Positions 49,001-59,200 of a stretch of DNA of 64,000 nucleotides are shown here, in pieces. Each line of letters opens with the position of its first letter. Position 1 is the stretch's first letter. Under the pieces are notes generated by a model that saw only the letters and a list, made by a program, of their open reading frames with translations, was not told where the DNA came from and did not search any database. This DNA comes from a virus. Both the position numbers and the translations under genes were made by a program. The DNA lies in the IMG/VR virus record IMGVR_UViG_3300044568_002423. One strand, given 5' to 3'.

Positions 49001-51371
49001 CTCCTCCAAATGTAGTAGGTAGGTTATTTACATACGGGGAAATAAATTGCATTGGCATTTGATCAGTCAATTCACTCGTATCCTCAACAATAACTTGATT
49101 AGAATCAGCATAAGTGGCAGTACAGATCAATGTCAAACTAGTAGCAGGTTGTATTGCTACACTTCTTAATTCATCACCAACTACGGATAGATTTTCTGGT
49201 ATGATTATAGGTAAACTTTCCTCATATGTACCAGTTTTAATATAAAGTATTGCGGTAGTTCCAGTATTACTAGATGGAATTAAATCAGTAGTTTCATTAG
49301 TCAATGCGGTTGTAACAATATTCATTAAACTAGAAATTTCAATTGATGTATTTTCATCAGCAGACAATGTTGTAAATGTTTGATTTATATAAGAGCTACC
49401 AGTCATACCATTTAGTGCTTGATAATCAACTAATGGGGGAGTATTAGTTGCAGCATTTATCATTATACCAGTAAGGTAATTTAATGAAGGGGCATAATAC
49501 TGAATGGAAGCTTCAACTAAATTGTTAACAAAAATATTAGTTGACCCATAATAAAAATAAGTTAATGTAGCAGCAACGGTTTGACTATTGCCACCTCGAC
49601 GCATATCATAAATGACTGAATCAATAATATAGCCAGCATCTCGTTGAGCATAAAATGGATCCCACAGAGAGGTTGAACTAAATGGAGATATATTGTTTGC
49701 CATTTGATATAACATCCATTGATACATCTCTGTAATGAGCCAACCCTTGTTTGCTTCTAGTGTGGTTGCTGAATTTTGAAAATATACACCTTGACGGATA
49801 AAATCACAAGAATACTTAATAGTCTTCCATGGCTGATCCCAAGTTGTTCCATAATCAACGCGATCTGTGCCATTTAGTACATCAACATAATATACAGAAT
49901 TAACTTTGTTAATCAGTGACCAATTAGGAAGTCCAGAAGTATTTCTTAGAAGATACTGTTCAGTTCCAATTGGAATTGCCTCATATTTGTTATTATGAAA
50001 AGTTTCCATGTCGCCAAGCGTAGAAATAGCATTATTTCTATCATGAGCAATCAACAATACCCAATTATTACCAGTGCCTGGAGTTCCACCAGATAAAGAA
50101 TTGTGGTTTTGTATGCAGGAATAGGTAGAATTTTTCCATACTACCATATCGCCAACTACGTAATTGGCATTAGTTATCCATCTGTTACTCCATTGTTTTC
50201 CAGGAATTAACATAGTCCAATATGGAGTGTTTACTCCAGTAAATGACATAGTTTGCCCCGGAGTTAATAATCCATCTGGTGATGTACTCAACACCAAAGT
50301 AATACTATCAGTAATTGATGATACGGTTTGCCCTAATGTAAATCCAGTGCCATATACTATCATGCCAGGGACAATTCCAGAAGTACTAGATACCACCAAG
50401 GTAGTTCCGGGAGTAGGACTGCCGGTTGGATCGTAAATTGTAGATGCAATAATATACGCAGGGTCTACGTTAGTATTATCAGTACTCGATTCGTAGACAG
50501 CCCCATGACGAGAAACAACAGATCCAACAGGATATAAAGTACTATTATTCCATTCCCCATTAATGCTATATCCCTGATTAAACAATCCCCACGAAGATGG
50601 ACTGTTAGATGGTACAGCATTTGTGCTTATAATTTTAGCAATATATAAATCCCCACCATGAAGACATACATCGCCTAGTTCATAGGTGGTAGATGATACC
50701 CAATTTAATTTAAATAATTGGCCGGGTAGATACAAAGTCCATGGGTCAATTACTGGCGGGGAAGATGAATTATGTCCAGCGTTACATAAGTAAATGCTTG
50801 CATCTTTTTTTACCAAATCATTTAATTTATATCTATATGACATTTGCAAATCACCAAGGTATTCTATTCCCTGAAAGACAATTTGCCAATCTGATAAATT
50901 TTCCTCTAGCCCAAGTTCCGTCGTAGCCGCAGCGGTATGATTGGCAATACATTTATAAATAGTAGCACCATATTTTACGACATCGTTTATTCCATATTTG
51001 GTATTTTCAACCCAAGCAGTATGCCAATTAAAAAATTCTGAATATATTTCCCAATTAGCAGCATTACTTTGAAAATTACTACTAGTATGTGCTGTAATAC
51101 AAGAATAAGCAACGCCACCAAATATAGCTATGTTTCCTGAACTATAAATATGACTGGTAATCCACGGACCAGTCCAAGTTTTACCATCCACTATCAGGAC
51201 CCATCGAGTCATACTTAGATCAGTGTTGAAATCCGGACTGGAAGTGTGCGCCCCAACACAAACATAGGTTTTACCTTGATGACTCACGACTGTATCTATT
51301 GCGTATGGTGTTGCTGCCACCCATGCGCCGTCCCATGTGAAACGTAATCTACCAATTTTAAATTCTGCCAT
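43095..51371 (-). CDS. Giant (2758 aa) modular virion/fibre protein, paralogue of 32006..43039
   Basis: Same MAEFK.GR..F start, CBM-like repeats, beta-helix, propeller repeats and RLT.HDFL...TSTDQDGNF C-terminus. Confidence 0.75.
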   Translation of the reverse strand: MAEFKIGRLRFTWDGAWVAATPYAIDTVVSHQGKTYVCVGAHTSSPDFNTDLSMTRWVLIVDGKTWTGPWITSHIYSSGNIAIFGGVAYSCITAHTSSNFQSNAANWEIYSEFFNWHTAWVENTKYGINDVVKYGATIYKCIANHTAAATTELGLEENLSDWQIVFQGIEYLGDLQMSYRYKLNDLVKKDASIYLCNAGHNSSSPPVIDPWTLYLPGQLFKLNWVSSTTYELGDVCLHGGDLYIAKIISTNAVPSNSPSSWGLFNQGYSINGEWNNSTLYPVGSVVSRHGAVYESSTDNTNVDPAYIIASTIYDPTGSPTPGTTLVVSSTSGIVPGMIVYGTGFTLGQTVSSITDSITLVLSTSPDGLLTPGQTMSFTGVNTPYWTMLIPGKQWSNRWITNANYVVGDMVVWKNSTYSCIQNHNSLSGGTPGTGNNWVLLIAHDRNNAISTLGDMETFHNNKYEAIPIGTEQYLLRNTSGLPNWSLINKVNSVYYVDVLNGTDRVDYGTTWDQPWKTIKYSCDFIRQGVYFQNSATTLEANKGWLITEMYQWMLYQMANNISPFSSTSLWDPFYAQRDAGYIIDSVIYDMRRGGNSQTVAATLTYFYYGSTNIFVNNLVEASIQYYAPSLNYLTGIMINAATNTPPLVDYQALNGMTGSSYINQTFTTLSADENTSIEISSLMNIVTTALTNETTDLIPSSNTGTTAILYIKTGTYEESLPIIIPENLSVVGDELRSVAIQPATSLTLICTATYADSNQVIVEDTSELTDQMPMQFISPYVNNLPTTFGGVVSGQTYYIDGESITPTGFSIMSSPTINFIGTTTIDSNIISNVSSISNLVIGATITGLGIPGATTVLSFSQEISSISTITMSSVATSSHISSSLVASGMTVSLTNGSGSMTIYAGDCLKDMFYMRNGTTMRNLSMFGLRGTLTVVDDYELARPTGGSYTSLDPGTGPDDSTVWIFRRSPYVQNVTTFGDGCVGAKIDGSLHNGGTKSIVHNDYTQIISDGIGVWCTGTGAITECVSVFSYYCYIGHFAESGGRIRSTNGNSSYGVFGAVSEGYDTTETPISGTVYNQSIQVQASARSSYSTQAQLVKLEYSNNGTSYNTTTTNLLSYSNNFNTGWINDTYLTFIKNNIAPTGYSEAWLLTGTQGVSGNGYVYQNIPINPAGGSYSTLSATNIGNTFGSLATFDVTVTSAAYVVTMNQAGKLYVVGDQMVIAGSVFGGITGVNDITITVLTLTVPTWTSGGTATSGVYYNYTDPFTGINHYYLATSGGTFGTAGPMFLSGTATNGTVSLTFSGTGITGGIATISSTGTVPVGSDTNYTASIHVYAGTSSTVDLQVRFHGVTPTVQVSGISYNTSTRIVTPYSLNDGMTPVYFGVEETLATGWYRIWLAANDTSGVNNNLQFRLYPTGLTNPVANKYTIFYGAQVELSNSTYLPSFYLESTDVTKYTAYANYEVVGAGSGAVLLGDEIRSNSIYQARVVVDSNGLLGGSSYVTASNNAQGGNSIKIQLAQTEQGTSNYIGMRIFINSGSGSGQYGYISTFNTAETPGNKIAQVMQESFGSLSVVQTTASGNLLTIANGSNLDKLYRNQAVQFMPTYYTNAVTQSSINSVTITSITGGTENTITVPSTAGMAVNMPVTFSGTPFSTLTTGYTYYISDIIDLTTIQISDKIYGFVWSLTTDTGSMTMNYPSYTGYLKSDTTNMVVNIPIQFSGVALDGLLLGVSYYINDIIDSTTFTLSSTLVSLSSNSTNSGTNTVAVATTAAMVPLNPVVFGGTVFDSNIVSGTKYYISNVVDSGSFNITSSIIVLTATITDESNLITVSSTAGMVLDQPVKFMGLTFGGIVAETVYYIKTINATTFAICTQVGNAAKILAPATGSMTVKTCPTPKVLAGGTGTMTVTSTSTKLVTTSSIGSMNATFSKALLSTISPTTVYYILSISGYNITIGTSPGGSAVTVGDATGNMQLGSSGWDHINPGTPILSALDSTSLYYIEPRITFSDPSFTQTSGSIPTLTGGNLWKSVASGNNYFLAIPSGGSIGARSTDGTTWASMTLPSAISWTDIAYGNKFWVAISSGGTGNSVVAYSRTDGFVWKQSTLPSVATWSNIVYGNGIFIAIASGTTKAAYSTDYGLTWQAAVLPSGGTWVDLEYGAGIFLAISSNGASAWSFTGTTWQASTLPTTFLLSNVTITGTGGQFACTPTNITLVVGQTVTISGPYGGTGSIVTPAYSNPTTYYIIATNGSTTFTLSATLNGAAITTTAGTPTGITLTASIPVSYSSVAYGNNRFVAVQNTTGVPASYSFDGVSWNNSNTLVSATKIAYGQGAFVTVSSASASSYISDSGLWWNLNTITNSGYSALTAGFNSSNICVFPALAGASTAKIINAGIKAQGRTVIVSGSMSAITLWEPGSNYITSPSIAITDYNISISASVTIRSGNGVLSNPTFISRGLGYTTSSTVVVITGNGNSDTYQIGYTIIVNNLNKLPVVGSNLTFDGNPTIYKVTSAVAVYGTVAPFIEANIQIAPNMTTALSPATGTVVSIRQLYSQCRLTNHDFLSIGVGNKEDSNYPYVSALNEKPQNITIEANQGRVFYTSTDQDGNFSVGDLFSVQQSTGTITLSATQFGLTGLSTLSLGGIAVGGSSVIVTQFSTDGTFTANSDTVIPTQRAIKTYITSRLSQGGSNTFTGQLTAGTVIVGGANFIKSSVSNGQPGSSVVMYNSIPGNASQTSVYLKGVGGNNTADGNMAALSFFIRNSVHR

Positions 51372-51402
51372 TTTATAATTCCTGTATATAGTTTTGTATT
51401 AT

Positions 51403-51762
51403 TTATGAGTATGACGGCGGTGCTGCGTTAATGCTAACAATAAGATCGCCATTTTCATTAACATAATAGTAACAATTTTTATTATCCCACCGATATTGGT
51501 CGAAATTTAAGTTTGGATACGGTCGAGTATGATCTTCAGCAAGCCTCCCATCATAAAAATCTACACCAAATTCAAAATCTTCATAATTGTCACTTTCAGC
51601 CCCGGATACATTAACAGTAATGGCATCGTTTGAAGATAATTGGTCAACCCTGTCAAAATACAAAGTACCCTCTTGTGTTCTTCTTAATGCGTAAAAGTAT
51701 CTTGAATTACCAACGCCTAATAATTCTTCTTGATTTGTCTCATTTCCAATATAATATGTCAT
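51403..51762 (-). CDS. Small acidic hypothetical virion-associated protein
   Basis: Intact ORF with SD inside the structural operon. Confidence 0.55.
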   Translation of the reverse strand: MTYYIGNETNQEELLGVGNSRYFYALRRTQEGTLYFDRVDQLSSNDAITVNVSGAESDNYEDFEFGVDFYDGRLAEDHTRPYPNLNFDQYRWDNKNCYYYVNENGDLIVSINAAPPSYS

Positions 51763-51771
51763 TTTAATTCC

Positions 51772-52104
51772 TTATAGAACATCAACGTAGCTCATGACAA
51801 CATCTAAGCTAGCAGCAGTATTTGAACTTACATAGACACTCATCGAAGGGCCTAGTACTAATTTTTCTCCACCGTTCACAACCCGTAAACTAGTGTTTGG
51901 AGGTACTACTACATCTTTCGCATAGTAGGCAGTAGTAACTGCCGCATTATCAGCCACCCGGATGGATGCAAGTATTATAGTACCGCTCATATTTGTTAAA
52001 CTTAACCCAATTATTGTACTCCGCGTATTCGACGCAGTAGTGAGTATTAACTCTTCAGTTGTTCCCACATTGGGGACTAATTTATTTTGTAAAATCGTAG
52101 CCAT
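51772..52104 (-). CDS. Small beta-rich virion protein (110-aa paralogue family)
   Basis: IIGLSLTN...VPP..S......EKLVL pattern shared with 60456..60788. Confidence 0.6.
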   Translation of the reverse strand: MATILQNKLVPNVGTTEELILTTASNTRSTIIGLSLTNMSGTIILASIRVADNAAVTTAYYAKDVVVPPNTSLRVVNGGEKLVLGPSMSVYVSSNTAASLDVVMSYVDVL

Positions 52105-52108
52105 TATT

Positions 52109-55100
52109 TTATCCTAGTATTAGTGCTATAGCGAAACCAATATCGTATGCTTCAGCGGTAGTGATACCACCTGCTGTTCCCGAAACTCCTGCCCAAATCG
52201 TACCATTAAATACCTCGATGATTTGTAAATCGGTGTTAAATCGGGTCATTCCAGGAACGGCATACCCTGGTCTTTCTAAGTTTGTTCCAACTGGTATAAC
52301 TACCCCGTTTGTTCCAGCAATTCGCACATAACCAGTGCTGGACTCTAAAAATTCAGTTACCGCACCCGATGAAACATTGGTAATCGTGTTATTTTTAATC
52401 GATAAATTACCAATCTTAACACTGCCAGTCCCGGTTGTTGTAAAGTTTATATTACTATCGGCATCAATTGCACTTATAGTATTGTTGTTTATATCTAAAT
52501 TGTCAGTTTTAATTCGTTGAGAATATAATTTACTACTGTCGATAGTCGTTGTTAAATTATTATTTGCGTAAAAATACAAGATATTGTCATTAGCGCCAGG
52601 TGTCGCTTCTGCTAAGATTCTAGTATTCCCGCTTACATCTTCCACTCCACCCAGTTTAATCCAATATGAACCACTTCTTGCTTCATATCGTGCCGTAGTG
52701 GTATTGTATCTGATCATACCATTGGTTGGAGTAGCTGGACGCTCTAATGTTGTTCCAACTGGTATCACCAAACTTTGGTTACTATCGATAACAACGCTGC
52801 CAGTACCCTGTGGAGTCAAAATGATATTAGAATTAGTGACGATACTTTGAATGTTGTTGTCACTGACTTTAATACCTTCAAATACTACATTGCCACTCCC
52901 ATTGGCCCGTAATTCTAAGTCAGTATCAGTGGCCGTAGTGGAAATTATATTGTTTTCTAATCGTATTTTTGGTAATTGAACATATCCCGTACCAGTAATA
53001 TTACCAGTAATAAGAGTATCACCACTTGACGTAAAATTACCAGTTTGCCCGATATCACCTGTTTGAGTTATGGTGCCAGTTATACCGACATTCTTCAAAT
53101 AAGTAGTACCAGTCGTTACAGTTAAATTTTGATCAACTGTTAAGTTTTGATTTATTTTTACATCATTACTCGGGATATAAATTCTACCAGTACCATTCGC
53201 GATTAATATAAGGTCATCGTTACCATTCGTGGTGCTAATCGTATTATTATCTATTACTAACGCGTCAATCTCTGCCCTACCGAGAAATGCGGTTTTCCAT
53301 CGTAAACTACTAGTTCCCAAGTCATAAAATGATGTAGTGGATGGTGTTAAATTACTATTGATGGCAGCAATGAACGTCACGGTATCACTAGTTTGGTCCC
53401 CTATCGTAATGTTACCACCAATATGCACGTCACCGGTAACATCTAAATCACCGGTGATATAAGTATTGTTTTGTAAATTAATACTACCACTGGCTGCCGT
53501 GACATTAATATCACCGGTTAGACTTTCAATAGTATTACCGGATATTCTAATATTACCAGTGACTATATCCTCGGCAGTAACAGTGGTAGTATTAATCCCA
53601 TCAGTGAATGTAACTCCGGCAGCACTGGTGATATTTAAAGTTTGGTTATTAAATTGTACGTCGCCGGTACTTTGATCTACATAAAAATTGTTCCCTACTC
53701 TAAAATCGCCGGATTCATTAACGCTAACATAGTAGACTTTAGCACCATTTAATTCAACAATTTCAAAATCATGTTTATCCACAAATGGGTCAGGGATAGT
53801 GTCACTGGAGTCCTTACCAGAGGTGACAAACGAGAAGTTATGACTTATTAAATGAATGGTGACGCCAATACCATCAGCATATACACCATAATTTCCATAT
53901 ACGTTAGCAGAACCAATGATTCTTATTTCAGCACCAAAATCTGAATAATCAGCAAAATTGATAATAGTAGATCTACCGCCAGCACTTGTTCTTAAATCTT
54001 GAAGAGTTATGCCGCTATCCAACATAGTAGTAGAATTATCATACCCATTGAAATTCAATAACAGTACAGTATCGGCATCACCAGTTAATTCTACAACAGG
54101 CTCAACGAATGTACTCGCGTACCTCCCAATTCCTTTACTAATTCTAACGCTATCAATATAGCCAGTAAACAACAGAGTTCCATCAAATCTGGCACCTATC
54201 CTTACTGGACTCATTATATAAGTATTAGTATCCGTGTATGTAATTCCTGATTGTGTCCCATTTACAAAAATTCTAGAGCTAGTTCCAGCCTTCGATAGAG
54301 CAATGTGCGTCCATGTATTCGTAGGTATAGCAACGCCCGTAGTAATAACAGCAACGCCATTGACAGTTAATTCAGCATGTTGTGATGAATTTATGCTTAA
54401 CACAACGGCAAATGATGGGGTAGTTGTTCTCATGTCCATGAGAATCTGTATTACTGCAGGATCAATAGTCCTATATACCCACATCTCGATTGTAAATGAC
54501 CCGCTTCCAAAATTAAAATCAGGATTTGCCGCTACATTTACAAAACTGTTGACGCCGTCAAGATACGCACTAGCAGTACCAAATTTCTTGATAGCGGTGG
54601 AAAGATGTGCGTTACCATTTGCATATATGGCTTTTGGCACGCGATCCGTAATTGTTGTAAATCCTAGTTGTCTTCCGGTTAGGTTTACATAATCACCAGA
54701 AATACTAGCAATAGTACCAGTTCCTAGAACAGTTGTACCATCTGTGTCGTACGAGGTAAGTGTATTTCCAACAGCCCATGTACCAGTTCTTGTTGGTATC
54801 CTCAACCGTGTTAAACCAGCTCCAGCAAAACCATTGGCACTCGAGTATGCGTAAATTCCCTTGTCGGCAAAGTAAGTAAATGAGTTCAACCATTCACTTC
54901 TAATACCATTTGTTACAACTAGTGTTTCTTGATTCGGTGTAAAAAATGTTACAGCATGAAATAAACAGCATACTTCTTTACTGGCAGCATTAGCGACACT
55001 CCCATCTAGGAACACACCTTTACCAGCATCGTTACTGTCAAATCCGTATGGGTCACCAGCATTGGTGGTTGAACCTTTAGTAATAACAGTTACATTTCTA

Positions 55101-56152
55101 ACATATGGGCTTTTATTAGTTATAAGAAAATTGTTAGCAAATCTGAAAGCATAACCGGTGTTGTTCGTACCATTATATCTATAACCAGCTACCGTTAAGT
55201 CCTCTATAGTGGTCTCACCATTTAATAAGAAGGCATCCTTGTCTATAGTGCCAACGGTAGGTTGTATCGTTACAGCACGTAATCCAGCACCTCTAACTGT
55301 AACTCCAGCAGGGATAGTTAACGGAAATATTTCAGAATAAGTACCGGGGTATATATAAATTACTTCTCCGGCTACTGCCACGCTCAACGCGTGCTTTATG
55401 GTTAAGTAAGGATCATTTTCATGAACTCCAGCATTAGTATCGTTACCATTTGTCGAAACGTATCTGATATTTCCCTGTGGTAATACAAGAGTTATGCCAT
55501 TAACGGTAATTGCGGTTGATGTAATATTAGTAGTTTGTACATCATCGATATATGCGGTTTTCCATGCATGACCACCAATAGTCGGGTCGCTACCTAAATC
55601 ATATGTGTTTGTTATATCAGGACGAATGTTACTAGCAACATCAGCATTGAATACAACGTTGTCAGTATTGGAATCACCAATAGTGATACTTCCATCTGCG
55701 GTAATAGTACCGGTAGCATGTAAGTCCCCGTTGACCAACATATTAGCATTGACTATAACTTTACCAATGCCCGTTGTAGTAATATCTAAATCGGTATTTG
55801 TTCCAGTAGTCTGTATTATGTTAGTGGATATTTGTAGTTGATCAACTACTATCTTTCCTTGATATACTACCGGATTCGCTCCACTGGGAGCTAAATTGAT
55901 AACGGAGTTGCTACTACTAATGGTATTACCCAAAATAGTAAATGACGCAAGATCAGCCTGCGTATCAACTATCAGATTTGTAGTTCGAGTTGTCCCATTG
56001 ATGGTTAAGTCATGTGAGGGGGTTGTTGTCTTTATGCCAACACGGCCATTTATAACATCTAAGAATAATAAGTCTGTCTCAAAAGCAAGATTGACGCCAT
56101 CGCGCAATAAATTTGCCTTTAAGAGAGGACCAGAAATACGACCAATAGCCAT
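52109..56152 (-). CDS. Large virion/baseplate-fibre protein with beta-helix and LamG/ConA-like domain
   Basis: YVSTNGND...PYLTIKHAL...IYPGTY beta-helix start; LDG...DFNFGSGSFTIEMWVY...WTHIAL...FVNG...GYIDSVRISKG LamG signature. Confidence 0.7.
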   Translation of the reverse strand: MAIGRISGPLLKANLLRDGVNLAFETDLLFLDVINGRVGIKTTTPSHDLTINGTTRTTNLIVDTQADLASFTILGNTISSSNSVINLAPSGANPVVYQGKIVVDQLQISTNIIQTTGTNTDLDITTTGIGKVIVNANMLVNGDLHATGTITADGSITIGDSNTDNVVFNADVASNIRPDITNTYDLGSDPTIGGHAWKTAYIDDVQTTNITSTAITVNGITLVLPQGNIRYVSTNGNDTNAGVHENDPYLTIKHALSVAVAGEVIYIYPGTYSEIFPLTIPAGVTVRGAGLRAVTIQPTVGTIDKDAFLLNGETTIEDLTVAGYRYNGTNNTGYAFRFANNFLITNKSPYVRNVTVITKGSTTNAGDPYGFDSNDAGKGVFLDGSVANAASKEVCCLFHAVTFFTPNQETLVVTNGIRSEWLNSFTYFADKGIYAYSSANGFAGAGLTRLRIPTRTGTWAVGNTLTSYDTDGTTVLGTGTIASISGDYVNLTGRQLGFTTITDRVPKAIYANGNAHLSTAIKKFGTASAYLDGVNSFVNVAANPDFNFGSGSFTIEMWVYRTIDPAVIQILMDMRTTTPSFAVVLSINSSQHAELTVNGVAVITTGVAIPTNTWTHIALSKAGTSSRIFVNGTQSGITYTDTNTYIMSPVRIGARFDGTLLFTGYIDSVRISKGIGRYASTFVEPVVELTGDADTVLLLNFNGYDNSTTMLDSGITLQDLRTSAGGRSTIINFADYSDFGAEIRIIGSANVYGNYGVYADGIGVTIHLISHNFSFVTSGKDSSDTIPDPFVDKHDFEIVELNGAKVYYVSVNESGDFRVGNNFYVDQSTGDVQFNNQTLNITSAAGVTFTDGINTTTVTAEDIVTGNIRISGNTIESLTGDINVTAASGSINLQNNTYITGDLDVTGDVHIGGNITIGDQTSDTVTFIAAINSNLTPSTTSFYDLGTSSLRWKTAFLGRAEIDALVIDNNTISTTNGNDDLILIANGTGRIYIPSNDVKINQNLTVDQNLTVTTGTTYLKNVGITGTITQTGDIGQTGNFTSSGDTLITGNITGTGYVQLPKIRLENNIISTTATDTDLELRANGSGNVVFEGIKVSDNNIQSIVTNSNIILTPQGTGSVVIDSNQSLVIPVGTTLERPATPTNGMIRYNTTTARYEARSGSYWIKLGGVEDVSGNTRILAEATPGANDNILYFYANNNLTTTIDSSKLYSQRIKTDNLDINNNTISAIDADSNINFTTTGTGSVKIGNLSIKNNTITNVSSGAVTEFLESSTGYVRIAGTNGVVIPVGTNLERPGYAVPGMTRFNTDLQIIEVFNGTIWAGVSGTAGGITTAEAYDIGFAIALILG

Positions 56153-56252
56153 TTGCTCTCCTTAACCACCGAGTTTCACGGCTAACCACCTTTCATTGCG
56201 GGTTTCCACAGTTTCGTCTCGTAGAATTTTTGGTCAAACTCTACAGTAATAG
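56153..56252 (-). ncRNA. Candidate structured 5' leader (cis-regulatory RNA)
   Basis: GC-enriched 100-nt leader between a late promoter and the SD, with two hairpins and a GGTGGTTA direct repeat. Confidence 0.4.
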
Positions 56253-56260
56253 TATTTATC
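56253..56260 (-). promoter_or_regulatory. Late-type promoter GATAAATA
   Basis: Intergenic motif match. Confidence 0.6.
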
Positions 56261-56272
56261 GGTTAGTGGTAA

Positions 56273-59200
56273 TTATCCAGCTATGAGAGCCCAAATACTA
56301 AAAATATCTGAAATGTCTTCCTCTGAAGCGAAGCCAGCACCAATGGCAGACTGCCATACGGTACCATTGAAGATTTCCATATACCCCAGATCGCTATTAT
56401 GCCTTGTTTCTCCTATTTCTGGAAGGAGTCGTCTATCATCTGTTATCCCTAATGGCAATACAACCGCATTAGTTCCAGTAAACTTGACATACCCGGTATC
56501 AATAGAGTCAAAAGTTATGGCACCAGCAGCATTATTGGTAATACTGTTTCCGTTAAGGTGGACATCATTTATATTGATTACACCGACACCAGTTGGTATA
56601 AATTCTAAATTGTTAGATGTTATGTTATTAGATATGGTATTGCCGATAATCTTAACATCGTCGACCAAAATAGAATTAGTGGTAAGCGCGGCGGAGGTAA
56701 TGGTTGCTTTAACAGTGCCGGCAATACTAAATCGTAACGTGTTATCATTAGCACCAGGAGTTAATTCAGCAGTAACGTAAGTGTTTCTATCACTATCCCA
56801 TAGGTTTGCAAAATTGATATATCCAGATGGTTGCCACGCCTCAACCATGTTGGACACATCATTATATCTGATCTCACCAATTGCTGACAGCAACCTATTG
56901 GTATTATTTCCAATTGGTATTTTAAGTGATTTAGTTGATGATATAAGAAGATCACCAGTTCCATCCGGAGAAAATACTAAACTCTTCTGGGCATCAGTGG
57001 TGGCACCAACCCAAGAATTTCTAATATCATTGTCGGTAATTTTAATGCGCTGGTCTAAAATGACACCACCGGTACCATTAGCGGCAATGTTCAAGTCAGC
57101 ATCTGTGTCTGTTATAGAGATTACATTAGTTTGAATATTAATATCAGGAACATCTAGATAGGAAAGCGCACCAGTAACGGAAATATTATGATTTGCAAAT
57201 AACCCAGTTACATGAGTGTCACCTGTTTGGTTAATATCACCCACTAGGGTAACTGTTCCTTGGATTTCTGTATTTAATAGCGTTGATAATCCATTGATGG
57301 TAGTAGTTTCATCAATGGTCAAATCATTTTCTATGTTGACATCTGTAGAAGTTACTTGAATTTTACCAAGATTGGATCCTTGTAATCTCAGGTCAGTATC
57401 AGTAGTGAGTGTAGATATCGTATTATTGGTTATTTGTGTTACGTTATCGACAGTTAAGGTTGTTAGAAATGCATTACGCCATGTTACAAGGCTGGTATCG
57501 CCAAGTGTATAATCATTATTCGTCTGTGGTTTTATCGTTTGTGTTAAGAACGGAGCAACAGTAACGACATCATATGGTTCATTACCAAGAAAGACATTAC
57601 CGTGAACAGACGCATCCCCCGTCATACTCACCAATCCAGTAACGACTACATCAGTATTCAATGTAGTGGATGAAGACGCTGCTAGAAAATTAACTGGACC
57701 AACAAGAGAATCTATATCATTGTTATGAATTCTTATATTACCAGTTTGAATAGCGTGATGCGTTATACTAGTAATTCCATTAGGCCCTTCTAATACAATG
57801 CTTCCATCCGCAGTGAAACCAATACTCTGGGCATTAAAGGAAACATCGCCAGTGGATTGGTCGACATAGAATATATCACCAATACGATAATCGCCACGGT
57901 GATCAATACTTTCATAATATATGATACCACCATTAATGGCTACTACCTCGTTCTCCTGAATTACCAACACTTCGTCATTGGTGGATACTAGTCCAGAACC
58001 AACGAATCCAAAGTCATGTCCAGTCAAGTAGCATATAGTGTCACTACCATCTGCGACAACACCATATGTTCCATATACATTGGCGCAATTTATACTACGA
58101 ATTTCAGCACCAAATTTAACACCCTGATTGGCAAATCCAACACTACCAGTTAATAAATATATCCCACGGTTGGCATAGTAGGTGAACACATTTATTAATT
58201 CAATGCGTACCCCATTGGTAGCAGTTATACCATCTTGATTAGGCGTTATAAATGTCGTAGCCTCAAACAACATACTAGCTACATTGCTGCTTGGGCTAGC
58301 TACCGAACCATCAACTAGCGCCCCTTTTCCCGCAGGTAACGTGGCACTTGCCGTGATTACTGATACGTTTTGTATGTAGGGACTTCTTGTTGTAGTGGTA
58401 AAATTAGGGGCAAATCTAACACCGTACCCAGTGTCATTAATCTCATCATAATAAAAATCTTGTATTGACAATCCCGATAGGGTCGTGCCAGCATTTAATA
58501 AAAACGCATCTTTATTATCAGTTCCACTCGTAGGTTTAACCACTACTGATCTAAGACTTGTACCTCGAATACTAACATCAGTCGGTACAGTTAATGGAAA
58601 TATTTCACTATATACACCTGGGAAGATAACAATTTCATCACCAGCTACAGCAACCGACAATGCTTTCTTAATTGTTCTAAAGGTAGAATGTAGATGGGTT
58701 CCATAGTTGGTATCACTACCATTAACGGAAACATATATGGTATGACCCTGTGTTAATAGTAAATCAATACTATTTGAAGTAATTGTACTAGCGGTAATTG
58801 CCCCGGCTACGGTATTAACAGTGTAGAGTTTATTCCATATATTCGAAGCAGACCCGATGTCATAAAAGCTATCGGTATTTGGTATTAGGTCACTATTGAT
58901 ATCAGCTGCAAATATTACATTATCGGTATTGTCATCCCCTAGTGTTATATCACCATCCCACGTTATATCTCCAGTAGCATGAAGATCACCGTTGATCAAT
59001 ACCGTATCGGTAGTAAAATGAACAATACCAGTTCCACTAGGTGATAGATTAATATCACTGTCGAGTGTGATGTTTTCGATTAATTGTCCGGCGCGTATGC
59101 GTAAGTTTGCCGTACCTAGACCAAGTGCGTTAATTTCCGGGTCGGTAGTTTGATCTGGCTGTATATAAATTATACCAGTTACATTTTGAATTGTATTGGT

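Noticed and set aside
56153-56252. Hammerhead ribozyme, tRNA or c-di-GMP riboswitch
   Set aside because: No CUGAUGA core, cloverleaf or recognisable riboswitch consensus; kept only as an unknown structured leader.
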